A DNA stretch of 63,649 bases, filler included. It is 5 parts of 5 records of this genome, joined end to end, with 100 filler letters (N's around TTAATTAATTAA, not from the genome) between each part and the next. Parts side by side here need not be neighbours in the genome. Positions count along the whole stretch, not along the records: positions 1 to 13,113 come from DRR378314_359; 4 more parts are not named here. One strand, given 5' to 3'. The notes under the pieces were generated by a model, which saw only the letters and a list, made by a program, of their open reading frames with translations, ran no database searches and was not told the DNA's origin. The number at the start of each line of letters is the position of its first letter. Within the stretch, counting starts at the first letter, position 1. Both the position numbers and the translations under genes were made by a program. Shown here one piece after another: positions 1 through 9,206 of the stretch.

Positions 1-198
1 GTCCAGCGTGATCGCCGCGACTTTTTCCTCGGCCTCTTTCAACTTGGTCTCGCAGCGCGCTTTCAAGGCCGCGCCGCGCTCATAGAGGGCAATGCTCTCG
101 TCCAGTGCCACATCGCCGCGCTCCAGCTGCCCCAGAACCTTTTCCAGCTCCGCCATTGCGGCCTCGAAACTCATTTCTTCAATCGCTGTGTCAGACAT
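1..198 (-). CDS. xseB: Exodeoxyribonuclease VII small subunit (3' end runs off the window)
   Basis: Manual translation from ATG at 198: [60 protein letters not shown], the typical XseB pattern. Not in the ORF track. Confidence 0.93.
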   Translation of the reverse strand, partial: MSDTAIEEMSFEAAMAELEKVLGQLERGDVALDESIALYERGAALKARCETKLKEAEEKVAAITLD

Positions 199-323
199 CA
201 ACGCGCCTCATATTTCTTCATTCAGCGCCACAATAAACAGGAACAGCGCCCTTCGCCAGACACGCTTTGCATCTCTTTTTGGCCCTATATACTGTCCGCA
301 CCCACAACCCGCGCCAACAGATG

Positions 324-1025
324 CTAATCAGGTGCCAGCATATATCCCGCGCCGCGCACGGTTTGCAGATAACGCGGTTGTTTCGGGTTATCCTCGATCT
401 TGCGGCGCAATCGCGTGATCTGGACATCGACCGCACGTTCTTGTGCCTGCCCACGGTCCCGGCCCAGTTCCTCGACCAGTTTGGCACGGCTTAGCGGTTC
501 GCCGGGTTTGGCGGCAAAGATCTTCATCAGCTGCACTTCAGTCGCCGTCAGCCGCACCAGAACATCACCTTCCCACATTTCGCCGCGTTCCAGATCATAA
601 CGGATCGCGCCCAGCGACATCACCTTTGGTGCGACATCCTCGGCGCTGGTATCGGGCATGCGCCGCAGGATCGCATTGATCCTGAGAAGCAACTCCTTGG
701 GTTCAAACGGTTTGGCCAGATAATCATCCGCCCCGGCTTCCAGCCCTTCAATGCGGTTTTCGGTCTCGCCTTTGGCCGTCAGCAGCAAGATTGGCGTTTG
801 CATGGTTTCGCGCAAGGAGGCAGTCAGGGCCAGACCGTCCTCGCCGGGCATCATCACATCCAGCACGATCAGGTCAAAATCCAGACCGGCAAGGATGCGC
901 CGGGCATGGGCGGCATCCCGTGCCGCAGTCACCAGAAAACCATGGCGCATGAGGAATTTCTGCAAAAGCGTGCGGATGCGTTCGTCATCATCCACAATCA
1001 GCAGGTGGGCGTCCATTTCGCTCAA
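324..1025 (-). CDS. OmpR-family response regulator (PetR-like)
   Basis: Receiver motifs LIVDDD, LDVMMPG, LTAKG, DDYLAKPF; winged-helix end RAVDVQITRLRRKIE..YLQTVRGAGY. Overlaps the upstream MarR gene as in Rhodobacteraceae petP-petR. Confidence 0.93.
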   Translation of the reverse strand: MSEMDAHLLIVDDDERIRTLLQKFLMRHGFLVTAARDAAHARRILAGLDFDLIVLDVMMPGEDGLALTASLRETMQTPILLLTAKGETENRIEGLEAGADDYLAKPFEPKELLLRINAILRRMPDTSAEDVAPKVMSLGAIRYDLERGEMWEGDVLVRLTATEVQLMKIFAAKPGEPLSRAKLVEELGRDRGQAQERAVDVQITRLRRKIEDNPKQPRYLQTVRGAGYMLAPD

Positions 1026-1534
1026 GGGCCGGTCTCCCGCAATCTGGTGTAGCTCAGGCGCATTTCGGGATCCATCATCGCCTCCAGTACGGTACGAAAC
1101 CCGGCCACTGCTTCGGGTCCGGCATCACGAAAGGCGGCCCTAAGCCGTGCCCGCTGTGCGTCTGACAATTGTTGTTCCAATGTGCGGCCCTGTTCCGTCA
1201 GATGAAGATGTCGTTCGCGTTTGTCATTCCGCCCGACCTTACTTTTAACCAGACCATCGGCAACCAAAGTGCGCAACACACGATTAAGCGATTGTTTTGT
1301 CACCCCCAGAATACTCAACAGGTTGTTCACCGTTGTCCCCGGTGCGCGTCCGATGAAATGCAGGGCACGGTGATGGGCGCGCCCATAGGCCATTTCAGAC
1401 AAGATACGGTCCGGGTCGGCGGTAAACCCGCGATAAGCAAAGAACATGGCCTCGCTGCCTTGGCGCAACTGTTCATCTGTCAGAAACAGCAGGTTTTCGC
1501 CCCGGGCAGGGGTGGAATGGCGGGTATCGGCCAT
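1022..1534 (-). CDS. MarR-family transcriptional regulator (PetP-like)
   Basis: wHTH LLSILGVTKQSLNRVLRTL..DKRERHLHLTEQG. Start placed at MADTRH (1534); the ORF track extends to 1549. Confidence 0.88.
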   Translation of the reverse strand: MADTRHSTPARGENLLFLTDEQLRQGSEAMFFAYRGFTADPDRILSEMAYGRAHHRALHFIGRAPGTTVNNLLSILGVTKQSLNRVLRTLVADGLVKSKVGRNDKRERHLHLTEQGRTLEQQLSDAQRARLRAAFRDAGPEAVAGFRTVLEAMMDPEMRLSYTRLRETGP

Positions 1535-1706
1535 GGGGTGCCTCATCAATCGGTTTTCGCTCTGTCGGTTGTCCCAAGTTTACGTCAGCCTTGTTGACAC
1601 TCCAAGAGTGAAAGGCTAGTCAAATTCAGCTTTTGCGACAGGATGTGTCTATTTTTTGGGTGTCTGCGCAATATTCATAAAATGACAAAGGTTCAGGAGA
1701 AATACC

Positions 1707-2576
1707 ATGGCGGGTGCATATGATGATCGGGACGGCCAGATCTGGCTGGATGGCAAGTTGGTGGAGTGGCGCGATGCGAATATCCACATTTTGACCCATG
1801 CCATGCATTACGCGTCATCGGTGTTTGAGGGGGAGCGCGCCTATGGTGGCAAGATCTTCAAAAGCCGTGCACATTCGGAACGCCTGAAACGCTCTGCTGA
1901 GATGGTGGATTTTACAATTCCATGGACCGTGGACGAGATTGAAGCCGCCAAGGTTGAGACCCTTGCGGCCTCCGGTTTGCAGGATGCCTATGTGCGGGCC
2001 ATCGCATGGCGCGGGGCGGGTGAGGACATGGGGGTTGCCTCTGCCCGCAATCCTGTACGTCTGGCCATCGCAGTTTGGGAATGGGGTGCCTATTACGGTG
2101 ATGCAAAAACCAAAGGCGCAAAACTGGACATCTCCAAATGGAAGCGTCCCTCACCGGAAACGATTCCATGCCACGCAAAAGCGGCGGGCCTTTATATGAT
2201 CTGCACCATGTCCAAACATGCTGCTGAGGCAAAGGGCTGTTCGGACGCAATGATGTTTGATTATCGCGGCTATGTGGCCGAGGCGACGGGGGCGAATATT
2301 TTCTTCGTCAAGAATGGCGAGGTACATACGCCAGACCCGGATTGTTTCCTGAACGGGATCACGCGCCAGACGGTTGTGGGGATGCTGAAGGAAAAGGGCA
2401 TCAAGGTACACGAGCGCCACATCATGCCGGAAGAGCTGGAAGGGTTCGAGCAATGCTGGCTGACAGGCACCGCCGCAGAGGTCACGCCGGTGGGTCAGAT
2501 CGGGGATTACACGTTCGAGGTCGGTGCGATGACGCGGGATATCGCGGAGAGCTATGAGAAGTTGGTGCGGGTTTAA
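1707..2576 (+). CDS. ilvE: Branched-chain amino acid aminotransferase (class IV PLP enzyme)
   Basis: HYASSVFEGERAY, AKAAGLY, EATGANIF, LNGITRQT and GTAAEVTPV motifs; AGGAGA RBS upstream. Confidence 0.95.
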   Translation: MAGAYDDRDGQIWLDGKLVEWRDANIHILTHAMHYASSVFEGERAYGGKIFKSRAHSERLKRSAEMVDFTIPWTVDEIEAAKVETLAASGLQDAYVRAIAWRGAGEDMGVASARNPVRLAIAVWEWGAYYGDAKTKGAKLDISKWKRPSPETIPCHAKAAGLYMICTMSKHAAEAKGCSDAMMFDYRGYVAEATGANIFFVKNGEVHTPDPDCFLNGITRQTVVGMLKEKGIKVHERHIMPEELEGFEQCWLTGTAAEVTPVGQIGDYTFEVGAMTRDIAESYEKLVRV

Positions 2577-3049
2577 CTTCTTGGCTTAATAGATACAAAA
2601 TATGCAAAGCGTGCGCGTTCTACGGAAGGTGCACGCGCAAACATTTTAATAGCTGTCTCTACTATTTCTGTGTCGCTAAGAACAGTAGACCTTCTGAACT
2701 TTGCAAGTGGATCGTAGTCAGCATTGGTGCGTTTGTTTTTGAAAACGACTACTTGCTGTGCAAAGTGTTTTATTGACACGTCAAAGTCGTGCCGCGAGAT
2801 TTCTTTGCATTTTCTTTCAACGAAGGAGTGGTCCGGTAGCCGATAGAGCGTTTTATAAGTCTCTTTGAATGCAGGGTCGTCTGTATTTTGAACGATAGGT
2901 TCAACAAGTGCTTCGGATATGCAGTGGAAAAGCGCGTAATAGAGGTCGCTGGTGGCCCTGCGCAGATCAGCTTCAGTAATCGCGGGTTCAGTCGAAAGGC
3001 GCTGCCTTGCAGTTGCAACGAGTTGATGGCTAAGCAGCTCGGCCTCCAA
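2573..3049 (-). CDS. HEPN-like domain protein (UPF0332-type), putative RNase/toxin
   Basis: LRRATSDLYYALFH near the N-terminus and RTNADYDP near the C-terminus match the YYAxFH...RxxADY signature of UPF0332-type HEPN proteins. TTG start uncertain. Confidence 0.6.
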   Translation of the reverse strand: MEAELLSHQLVATARQRLSTEPAITEADLRRATSDLYYALFHCISEALVEPIVQNTDDPAFKETYKTLYRLPDHSFVERKCKEISRHDFDVSIKHFAQQVVVFKNKRTNADYDPLAKFRRSTVLSDTEIVETAIKMFARAPSVERARFAYFVSIKPRS

Positions 3050-3296
3050 CTACGTCTTCATGAGCGATATAGTCAATGATCGGAAATGAGGAACTCTCGC
3101 TCGCCAATTCTGCGGCCCAGAGTTTGTCAGTGAGCTCAATCATCTTATGGCTGGCAATTTTGGCACCCTTGGTGAGGACGATAGTGAGCCAAAAAACGGG
3201 CTCACCATCTGAGTTCATTTTCCGTGTTATCTCGACAGAAGCAACAGCCTCTTTTCCAAGATGTTCGTTGACGATATTTTCAATTCTGGTCATCAA
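3030..3296 (-). CDS. Small hypothetical protein, putative antitoxin or degenerate nucleotidyltransferase-like partner of the HEPN gene
   Basis: 88-aa ORF with an AGGAGA RBS, overlapping the HEPN-like ORF; alternating beta/alpha pattern (SDGEPVFWLTIVL..FPIIDY). Confidence 0.5.
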   Translation of the reverse strand: MMTRIENIVNEHLGKEAVASVEITRKMNSDGEPVFWLTIVLTKGAKIASHKMIELTDKLWAAELASESSSFPIIDYIAHEDVVGGRAA

Positions 3297-3450
3297 GCAG
3301 TATTCTCCTAACTAGGAATCTAACTTCTAATGTCGAAAATAACACGGCATTATTTGAGTTTTTTGTAAGCACATTGAATGACTCAGCTTTTCTCGTGATG
3401 TTTGTTTCAGAGAGATGCAGTAACCCGTAAGTCACTGCATCCAAAAGTAT

Positions 3451-4398
3451 CTAATACAGCGCAACCGGATTGATCATCGCTTGCACGGTGCCTTGGATAC
3501 GGGCCTGGCCCAGGACAAACATGAACTCATTTACCCCTTCGCGCAGCAGGGGGCCGACATTCATCGTCTCCAGGATGTAGATGCCGTTGTCTTTCAACAG
3601 GGTCACATGGCCGTAGAACACCTTGTCCCCCTCTGCCGGTGGGATGGCATCCAGTCCCCATGTATCTGCGCCAACGGCGATTGGGTTCAATGAGGCGAGA
3701 TAGACCGCGCCTTCGTTGGTCAGGCCCGGCTCGGCCGCACCCCATGCGGCGGGATCGCTTTCGAACATGCCTTCGGTCCAGCCGGTGTGAAACAGGATGA
3801 TGTCGCCTTCCCCTAGTGTCACACCCTGCGCTGCGGCGGCTTCCTTGATCTCGGTGGAGCCAAAGCTTTGACCGGCGGCCATCACTTCAACGCCAGCATG
3901 GGCGGCCATGTCAAGGACCACGCCGCGCCCGACAAGCGGCGGCACAGCATGGGTGCCCAGTTTGGTCAGGCCCGTGATAACGCTGATTTCTTTCTCGTCA
4001 TGACAATTGTAATACATGCCGTCCTCGCCAAGATGGCCCAAGCCATCGAGTTGCGAACCGATGCCGATCCATGTTTGCAGGATGTCGTCATTGTAATTGC
4101 CTTCATACCCGAAACCGGACAGCTTGATGCCGCCTTGCTGATTGGGCTGAACCACTTGCAGGTTCAGCGAACGGGGCGGAAAGGCCGGTGTGTCGGTGCC
4201 GATGGTAATGCCCAGCGGCAGGGACTTGCCTTGTTTGATCAGTTTGGCCGCGGCCAAGGTGCGTTCGGGGGTGACCAGATTGGCAGAGCCGATGGTGTCA
4301 CCTTCACCCCATTGTGAATGCTCGCAATCCTGCGCCAACGCCCCTGTCGCGCCCAGACCAAAGGCCAATAGGGCGCTTAATACGTGAGTCTTGTTCAT
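3451..4398 (-). CDS. Cyclase-family (kynurenine formamidase-like) metal-dependent hydrolase with a signal peptide
   Basis: GSQLDGLGH, GRGVVLD, GDIILFHTGW, VGADTWG and GIYILE motifs; N-terminal MNKTHVLSALLAFGLGATGALA. Confidence 0.85.
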   Translation of the reverse strand: MNKTHVLSALLAFGLGATGALAQDCEHSQWGEGDTIGSANLVTPERTLAAAKLIKQGKSLPLGITIGTDTPAFPPRSLNLQVVQPNQQGGIKLSGFGYEGNYNDDILQTWIGIGSQLDGLGHLGEDGMYYNCHDEKEISVITGLTKLGTHAVPPLVGRGVVLDMAAHAGVEVMAAGQSFGSTEIKEAAAAQGVTLGEGDIILFHTGWTEGMFESDPAAWGAAEPGLTNEGAVYLASLNPIAVGADTWGLDAIPPAEGDKVFYGHVTLLKDNGIYILETMNVGPLLREGVNEFMFVLGQARIQGTVQAMINPVALY

Positions 4399-4492
4399 GA
4401 TATCCCTCCCTAGAAAAGGTCAGGCTAACATGATTCTTCTACCCTAGATGGTGACGTAGCGTCATTTTGGCAGACGCTTCATCAAGGAGCGC

Positions 4493-5089
4493 TTAAAAAT
4501 CAACGCCACGCTGGGCTTTGATGCCGGCTTTGAACGGGTGTTTCACCTCGGTCATTTCGGTCACCAGATCGGCATATTCGCAGAGTTCAGGCTTGGCGTC
4601 GCGTCCGGTCAGGATCACGCCGGTGCGCTTGTCGCGCGCGTTCAAGCCGGCGATGACATCTGCCACTGACAGGTAATCATAGCGCATGGCGATGTTGATT
4701 TCATCCATGACGATCAGGTCGTAATCGCCACTTTCCATCATCTCGCGGCCCTTGGCAAAGGCAGCTTGGGCGGCGGCGATGTCGCGGTCCTTGTCCTGTG
4801 TGTCCCAGGTGAAACCTTCGCCCATGGTATGCCAGGTGACCTCTCCCAGACGGTCGAAAAACTGCCGTTCGCCGGTTTTCCATTTGCCCTTGATGAACTG
4901 GATCACACCGACCTTTTGTTTCCAGCCCAGGGCACGCACAACCACGCCAAAGGCCGAAGAGGATTTGCCTTTGCCAGCACCGGTATGCACCAGCACAAGG
5001 CCTTTGTCGGGGTCCTGCAACTCGGCCACCTTAGCGCGTTGGCTGGCCTGGCGTTCCTGCATCTTCTGCTTGTGATCATCGTCTGACAT
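4493..5089 (-). CDS. cobO: Cob(I)yrinic acid a,c-diamide adenosyltransferase
   Basis: HTGAGKGKSSSAFG, QFIKG, MGEGFTW, MDEIN, LTGRDA, ADLVTEM and KHPF..AQRGVDF. Confidence 0.95.
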   Translation of the reverse strand: MSDDDHKQKMQERQASQRAKVAELQDPDKGLVLVHTGAGKGKSSSAFGVVVRALGWKQKVGVIQFIKGKWKTGERQFFDRLGEVTWHTMGEGFTWDTQDKDRDIAAAQAAFAKGREMMESGDYDLIVMDEINIAMRYDYLSVADVIAGLNARDKRTGVILTGRDAKPELCEYADLVTEMTEVKHPFKAGIKAQRGVDF

Positions 5090-5098
5090 GTGAAGTCC

Positions 5099-6073
5099 TC
5101 AGTTGGGTGAGCCCGCGGGGGCGATACTGGGTTTTGATTTGCTGCGGTCCAGCCCCAGCTGGCGTTCGCGCCATATGATCAATACGCCACCGGCAATGAC
5201 AAGGGCGGCACCGATCAAAATGGTTGGGGTCGGGATTTCGCCAAAGACCAGCCAGCCGATTACGGTGGCAAAGATCATTGACGAATAGTCAAAGGGTGCC
5301 AGCATGGAGGCGGTGCCAAACCGGTAAGAAGAGGTGACCATGATCTGCGCGACACCGCCGATCAGACCGGCGCAAATGACCAACCCCAGCACCTCAAACC
5401 CCGGATTGGTCCAGGCCAGTGACGGTATCGGAAAAACCCAGCCCAAGGGCAGGCTTAGCAGCGACACAACGGTGGCTGTCAGCGAGAAATAGAACACGAT
5501 GGCCGAGGTGCTGTCGGTTTGCACCAGTCGGCGCACATGGATCTGCACCAATGCCCGCAGGATCGAAGCGGCAAGCACCAGCAGCGCCCCAAAGGTCGCC
5601 GCATCGGAATAGCTTTGATCAAGCGACAGGCGCGGGGCGAGGACAATCATCACACCGACAAGGCCAAGCACAACAGCAGACAGGCGGAACAGGCGTATCT
5701 TTTCGCCCAGCAGCACAGCGGCAAGGATCACGGTGAACATCGGTGTGGCATAGCCGATGGCGGTGACTTCGGGCAGGGGCAGCAAGGCCAGGCCGGCAAA
5801 GGTCAGCGCCATTGCGGTGGTGCCGAACAGCCCGCGCCAGACATGCCCAAGGATGTTATTTGCCTTGAACCCATCGTGCAGATGCCCCTGTTGCCAGAGC
5901 CAGATCACAATGATCGGCAAGGCAAAGAATGAGCGGAAGAACACCGCCTGACCGGGGGGAACAGCATCGGAAGCGGCTTTGATCAGAGCTGCCATCACCA
6001 TGAACAAAAAGACCGCGCCGGTTTTCAGTGCGATGGCGCGAGCGGGATTGTTATAGGTAAGTGAAGCTGCCAT
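5099..6073 (-). CDS. DMT/EamA-family transporter
   Basis: About 10 hydrophobic segments in two EamA repeats (VFFRS, LLGEKI, LAPFDYS, VFGEIP). Start placed at MAASLTY; the ORF track starts at 6109. Confidence 0.88.
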   Translation of the reverse strand: MAASLTYNNPARAIALKTGAVFLFMVMAALIKAASDAVPPGQAVFFRSFFALPIIVIWLWQQGHLHDGFKANNILGHVWRGLFGTTAMALTFAGLALLPLPEVTAIGYATPMFTVILAAVLLGEKIRLFRLSAVVLGLVGVMIVLAPRLSLDQSYSDAATFGALLVLAASILRALVQIHVRRLVQTDSTSAIVFYFSLTATVVSLLSLPLGWVFPIPSLAWTNPGFEVLGLVICAGLIGGVAQIMVTSSYRFGTASMLAPFDYSSMIFATVIGWLVFGEIPTPTILIGAALVIAGGVLIIWRERQLGLDRSKSKPSIAPAGSPN

Positions 6074-6324
6074 GCGGCATTTAATGCGCCTCTGACTGGG
6101 GAAGTGCAAGGCGGGTTTGCCAGTGCTGTTGCGATTCGTGGTTCGCCCAGCTTGGGTATTCTAAAATCGGAGAGGCAGATGCAGGCAGCGCGCAATGCAT
6201 CGTTGCCCGCCTTTGGTGTATCCAATTGGCCAACAAGCGATTTGATAAAGAACAGCGTAGGGTTGGGAGAGCCGCGTTCAGAAGGATCGATCCATCCGTC
6301 CGGCGATGGCGGCAGACAAGACGC

Positions 6325-7428
6325 CTAGCCGATGTGCCCGCGGTTTTCACCAACCTGCCCGCGGTGCAGCAACATATGATCCAGCAGCACACACGCCATC
6401 ATCGCCTCGCCCACTGGCACAGCACGGATGCCGACGCAGGGGTCGTGGCGGCCCTTGGTAATGATCTCGGTTTCTTCACCGGACTTGGTGATGGTCTTGC
6501 GGGTGGTCAGGATGCTTGAAGTTGGCTTCACGGCAAAGCGCAGAACAATGTCCTGCCCGGTGCTGATGCCGCCCAGAATGCCGCCGGCGTGGTTTGAGGA
6601 GTAGCGCGGCTGCCCGTCGTTCCCCATAAAGATCTCATCCGCGTTCAGCTCGCCTGTCAGCATCGCCGCTGACATGCCTTCACCGATTTCCACCCCTTTG
6701 ACAGCGTTGATCGACATCATTGCCGCAGCCAGATCGGTATCCAGCTTGCCGTAGACCGGCGCGCCCAGACCGGCGGGCACATTGCGCGCGGTTACTTCGA
6801 TGATCGCGCCAACGCTGCTACCGGATTTGCGCAGCCCATCAAGGTAGTCGGCCCATTCGGTTGCCGCTTTGGCATCTGGTACCCAGAAGGGGTTTTGTTC
6901 GATCTGGTCCCAGTCAAAGCTGTTGCGGTCAATTTGGTGTGGGCCCATCTGCACCATATAGCCGGTGATCTGCACATCCGGCGCAATCGCCTTGATCGCC
7001 TCCCGCGCCAGACCGCCCGCTGCCACACGGCTCGCGGTTTCACGTGCCGAAGACCGCCCGCCACCGCGATAGTCGCGGATGCCGTATTTTTGGTAATAGG
7101 TGATATCGGCGTGACCGGGGCGGAACTTGTCCATGATATCGCCGTAGTCTTTGGAGCGCTGATCGGTGTTTTCGATCATCAGCTGGATGGGTGTGCCCGT
7201 GGTCACACCTTCAAACACCCCTGACAGAATGCGCACCTCATCCGCCTCGCGCCGCTGGGTGGTGAATTTGTTCTGACCGGGTTTACGCTTGTCGAGCCAG
7301 TGCTGGATCATCTCGGCTGTGATCGGCACACCCGGAGGGCAACCATCGACAGTTGCGCCCAAAGCCGGTCCATGGCTTTCGCCCCAAGTGGTCACGCGGA
7401 AAAGATGGCCAAAGCTGTTGATCGACAT
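6325..7428 (-). CDS. aroC: Chorismate synthase
   Basis: [41 protein letters not shown] and GRHDPCVG. Confidence 0.97.
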   Translation of the reverse strand: MSINSFGHLFRVTTWGESHGPALGATVDGCPPGVPITAEMIQHWLDKRKPGQNKFTTQRREADEVRILSGVFEGVTTGTPIQLMIENTDQRSKDYGDIMDKFRPGHADITYYQKYGIRDYRGGGRSSARETASRVAAGGLAREAIKAIAPDVQITGYMVQMGPHQIDRNSFDWDQIEQNPFWVPDAKAATEWADYLDGLRKSGSSVGAIIEVTARNVPAGLGAPVYGKLDTDLAAAMMSINAVKGVEIGEGMSAAMLTGELNADEIFMGNDGQPRYSSNHAGGILGGISTGQDIVLRFAVKPTSSILTTRKTITKSGEETEIITKGRHDPCVGIRAVPVGEAMMACVLLDHMLLHRGQVGENRGHIG

Positions 7429-7585
7429 ATGCGGTGCTCCTGTTGGGGAGAGCTTTAGCGGGCGATGAGAGGTGGCTCAAGGGCAGAGAGTGGCGCGTGG
7501 TGTTTTGGAGGTAGGGTGTGCGGAGATTGCTGCGATTAAGTCGTTTGAAGGACTATCACCTCAACCATTGACGAAAAACCTTCAA

Positions 7586-8815
7586 CTATTTCAATTGATC
7601 AGCCTTCATGCGCCAAGCTGGTAAGCAGATCACAGCAGACGTGTGATGGTCGGCGGCTATCACCTCGAATTCGCCTCCATGAAGCTCTACCAATTTTCGG
7701 GTTAATGGCAGCCCCAGACCTAACCCACCTCGGGTACTCCTATTTTCAATGTCACCACCGACAACAAAAGGTTCATAAAGCGCTGCTAGTTCCACTTTCT
7801 CGTCCAGTTTGCCATCATCAGTGATTGAAATCTCAATGTTGTCGGACGCGTCTATGTTGCCTTTGAGAGTAATATTTTCGCCGCCGTGGTTTATTGCATT
7901 GAGAAGGAGGGCGTTCAGAGCGAGTTTGATTTGATCGGCATCAACGTAGAGGGGAATGTCAACTGACTTGCTATCAACAGAAGCTGACTTCAAAACGCCA
8001 TCCGCGTTCGGGAGTATCAACCCAGCTGTATCGTCTAGCAACTCGTTCAATTTGCAGGCTTGCTCGTTTAGCCTCAATTCACCTGTTGAGACATCACTAT
8101 AGGTGATAATCGTTTCAACGAGGTCGATCAGATGCTTAGCCGACTTGCGTGCTGAGCTTAGTACCAACTTGTTGACGCCACCTTCTGCCGTTGCTTCAAG
8201 CAACTTGATACTACCAAAAAGGATCGTAAGCGGTGTTCGCAGTTCATGTCCTACCAAGGTAATAAAGGTCGTCTTTCCAGTTACATCTTCCCCCGTATCG
8301 GCAAAACTTGGCGGCGCACCTTCCAATGCTGCGACGACGGCTTTTCCCAAGTCGGTAAGGATAGTTATGGCTTGATCGGACGGCGCTTCATGGGGCACCA
8401 GATCGAGGCCACACAGGCTTCCAAAACGTTGACCTGAAGAAAGGACCAGTGGCACTCCGGCATAATAACGTGCGCCTGGTCCTCCCTCGGCAACCATGGG
8501 GTGGGCTTCAAATCGAGGGTCCTTGCTTAGGTCCGGCACAATCATCGGTTCGCCAGACATAATCGTATGGGCGCAAAAGCTGTTGTTTTTTGGCATCCGG
8601 CTGAGTTCGATGCCCACCACGGATTTGTACCATTGTGTATCATCCTCGACGACACTGATATGAGCGATCGGGCAGTCGAGAAGATGCCTTGTTGCCTCAC
8701 AAATCGCATCAAAGACTTTAGTATTTTCCTCACGTAGGCCGGGAACTGAAAACACTGCCCGAAGCCGGGCTTCCTCGTTGAAGGGGATAGGATAAGTTCG
8801 CAAATCTGGCCTCAT
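7586..8815 (-). CDS. GAF-domain sensor histidine kinase
   Basis: GAF (EEARLRAV..FCAHTI..DPRF..YYAGVPL..GSLC), H-box GHELRTPL, N-box NALLLNA, G2 GGLGLGL. Confidence 0.9.
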   Translation of the reverse strand: MRPDLRTYPIPFNEEARLRAVFSVPGLREENTKVFDAICEATRHLLDCPIAHISVVEDDTQWYKSVVGIELSRMPKNNSFCAHTIMSGEPMIVPDLSKDPRFEAHPMVAEGGPGARYYAGVPLVLSSGQRFGSLCGLDLVPHEAPSDQAITILTDLGKAVVAALEGAPPSFADTGEDVTGKTTFITLVGHELRTPLTILFGSIKLLEATAEGGVNKLVLSSARKSAKHLIDLVETIITYSDVSTGELRLNEQACKLNELLDDTAGLILPNADGVLKSASVDSKSVDIPLYVDADQIKLALNALLLNAINHGGENITLKGNIDASDNIEISITDDGKLDEKVELAALYEPFVVGGDIENRSTRGGLGLGLPLTRKLVELHGGEFEVIAADHHTSAVICLPAWRMKADQLK

Positions 8816-8994
8816 CTCAAATCATCTAATTTTCAAATGTAGCTTCTGTTTTTGGCACGTCAATCATTGGTTCCATCGCGTGTTGAATAGCTACCTAGGG
8901 GCTCGATGCAGATATTCGCGCCGGCCATGTCGCTAACTCCCTCACTTTGCCTTCCCCACTTGCCAACCAATCCTCATCCACCTATCTCTTTCCC

Positions 8995-9160
8995 CTACCT
9001 CGGGGAGCTAGCGCGCCTTTGGACTTTGATGCATCTGGATGCCCACCAAGACGGTGTGCTTCCAAATACAAGATGATTTTTGAGTTCCGAAAACGCCTAG
9101 CTGAGATAGCGCAAGCTGACCCGTCGAACCTGAACCGGTTAACACCGGCGGAGGGAAGGT
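8995..9160 (+). ncRNA. TPP (THI-box) riboswitch
   Basis: GGGGAGC..CTGAGA..GACCCGTCGAACCTGAACCGGTTAACACCGGCGGAGGGAAG consensus immediately upstream of thiB. Confidence 0.93.
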
Positions 9161-9206
9161 TTTGGCAATTTCCAATACTTCTCATCGCCGCATTTTGGAG
9201 GATGCC

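Noticed and set aside
324..8815. Pairing the OmpR regulator with the GAF histidine kinase as a two-component system
   Set aside because: More than 6 kb apart, different composition, and the regulator belongs to the conserved petP-petR pair; no evidence of cognate pairing.
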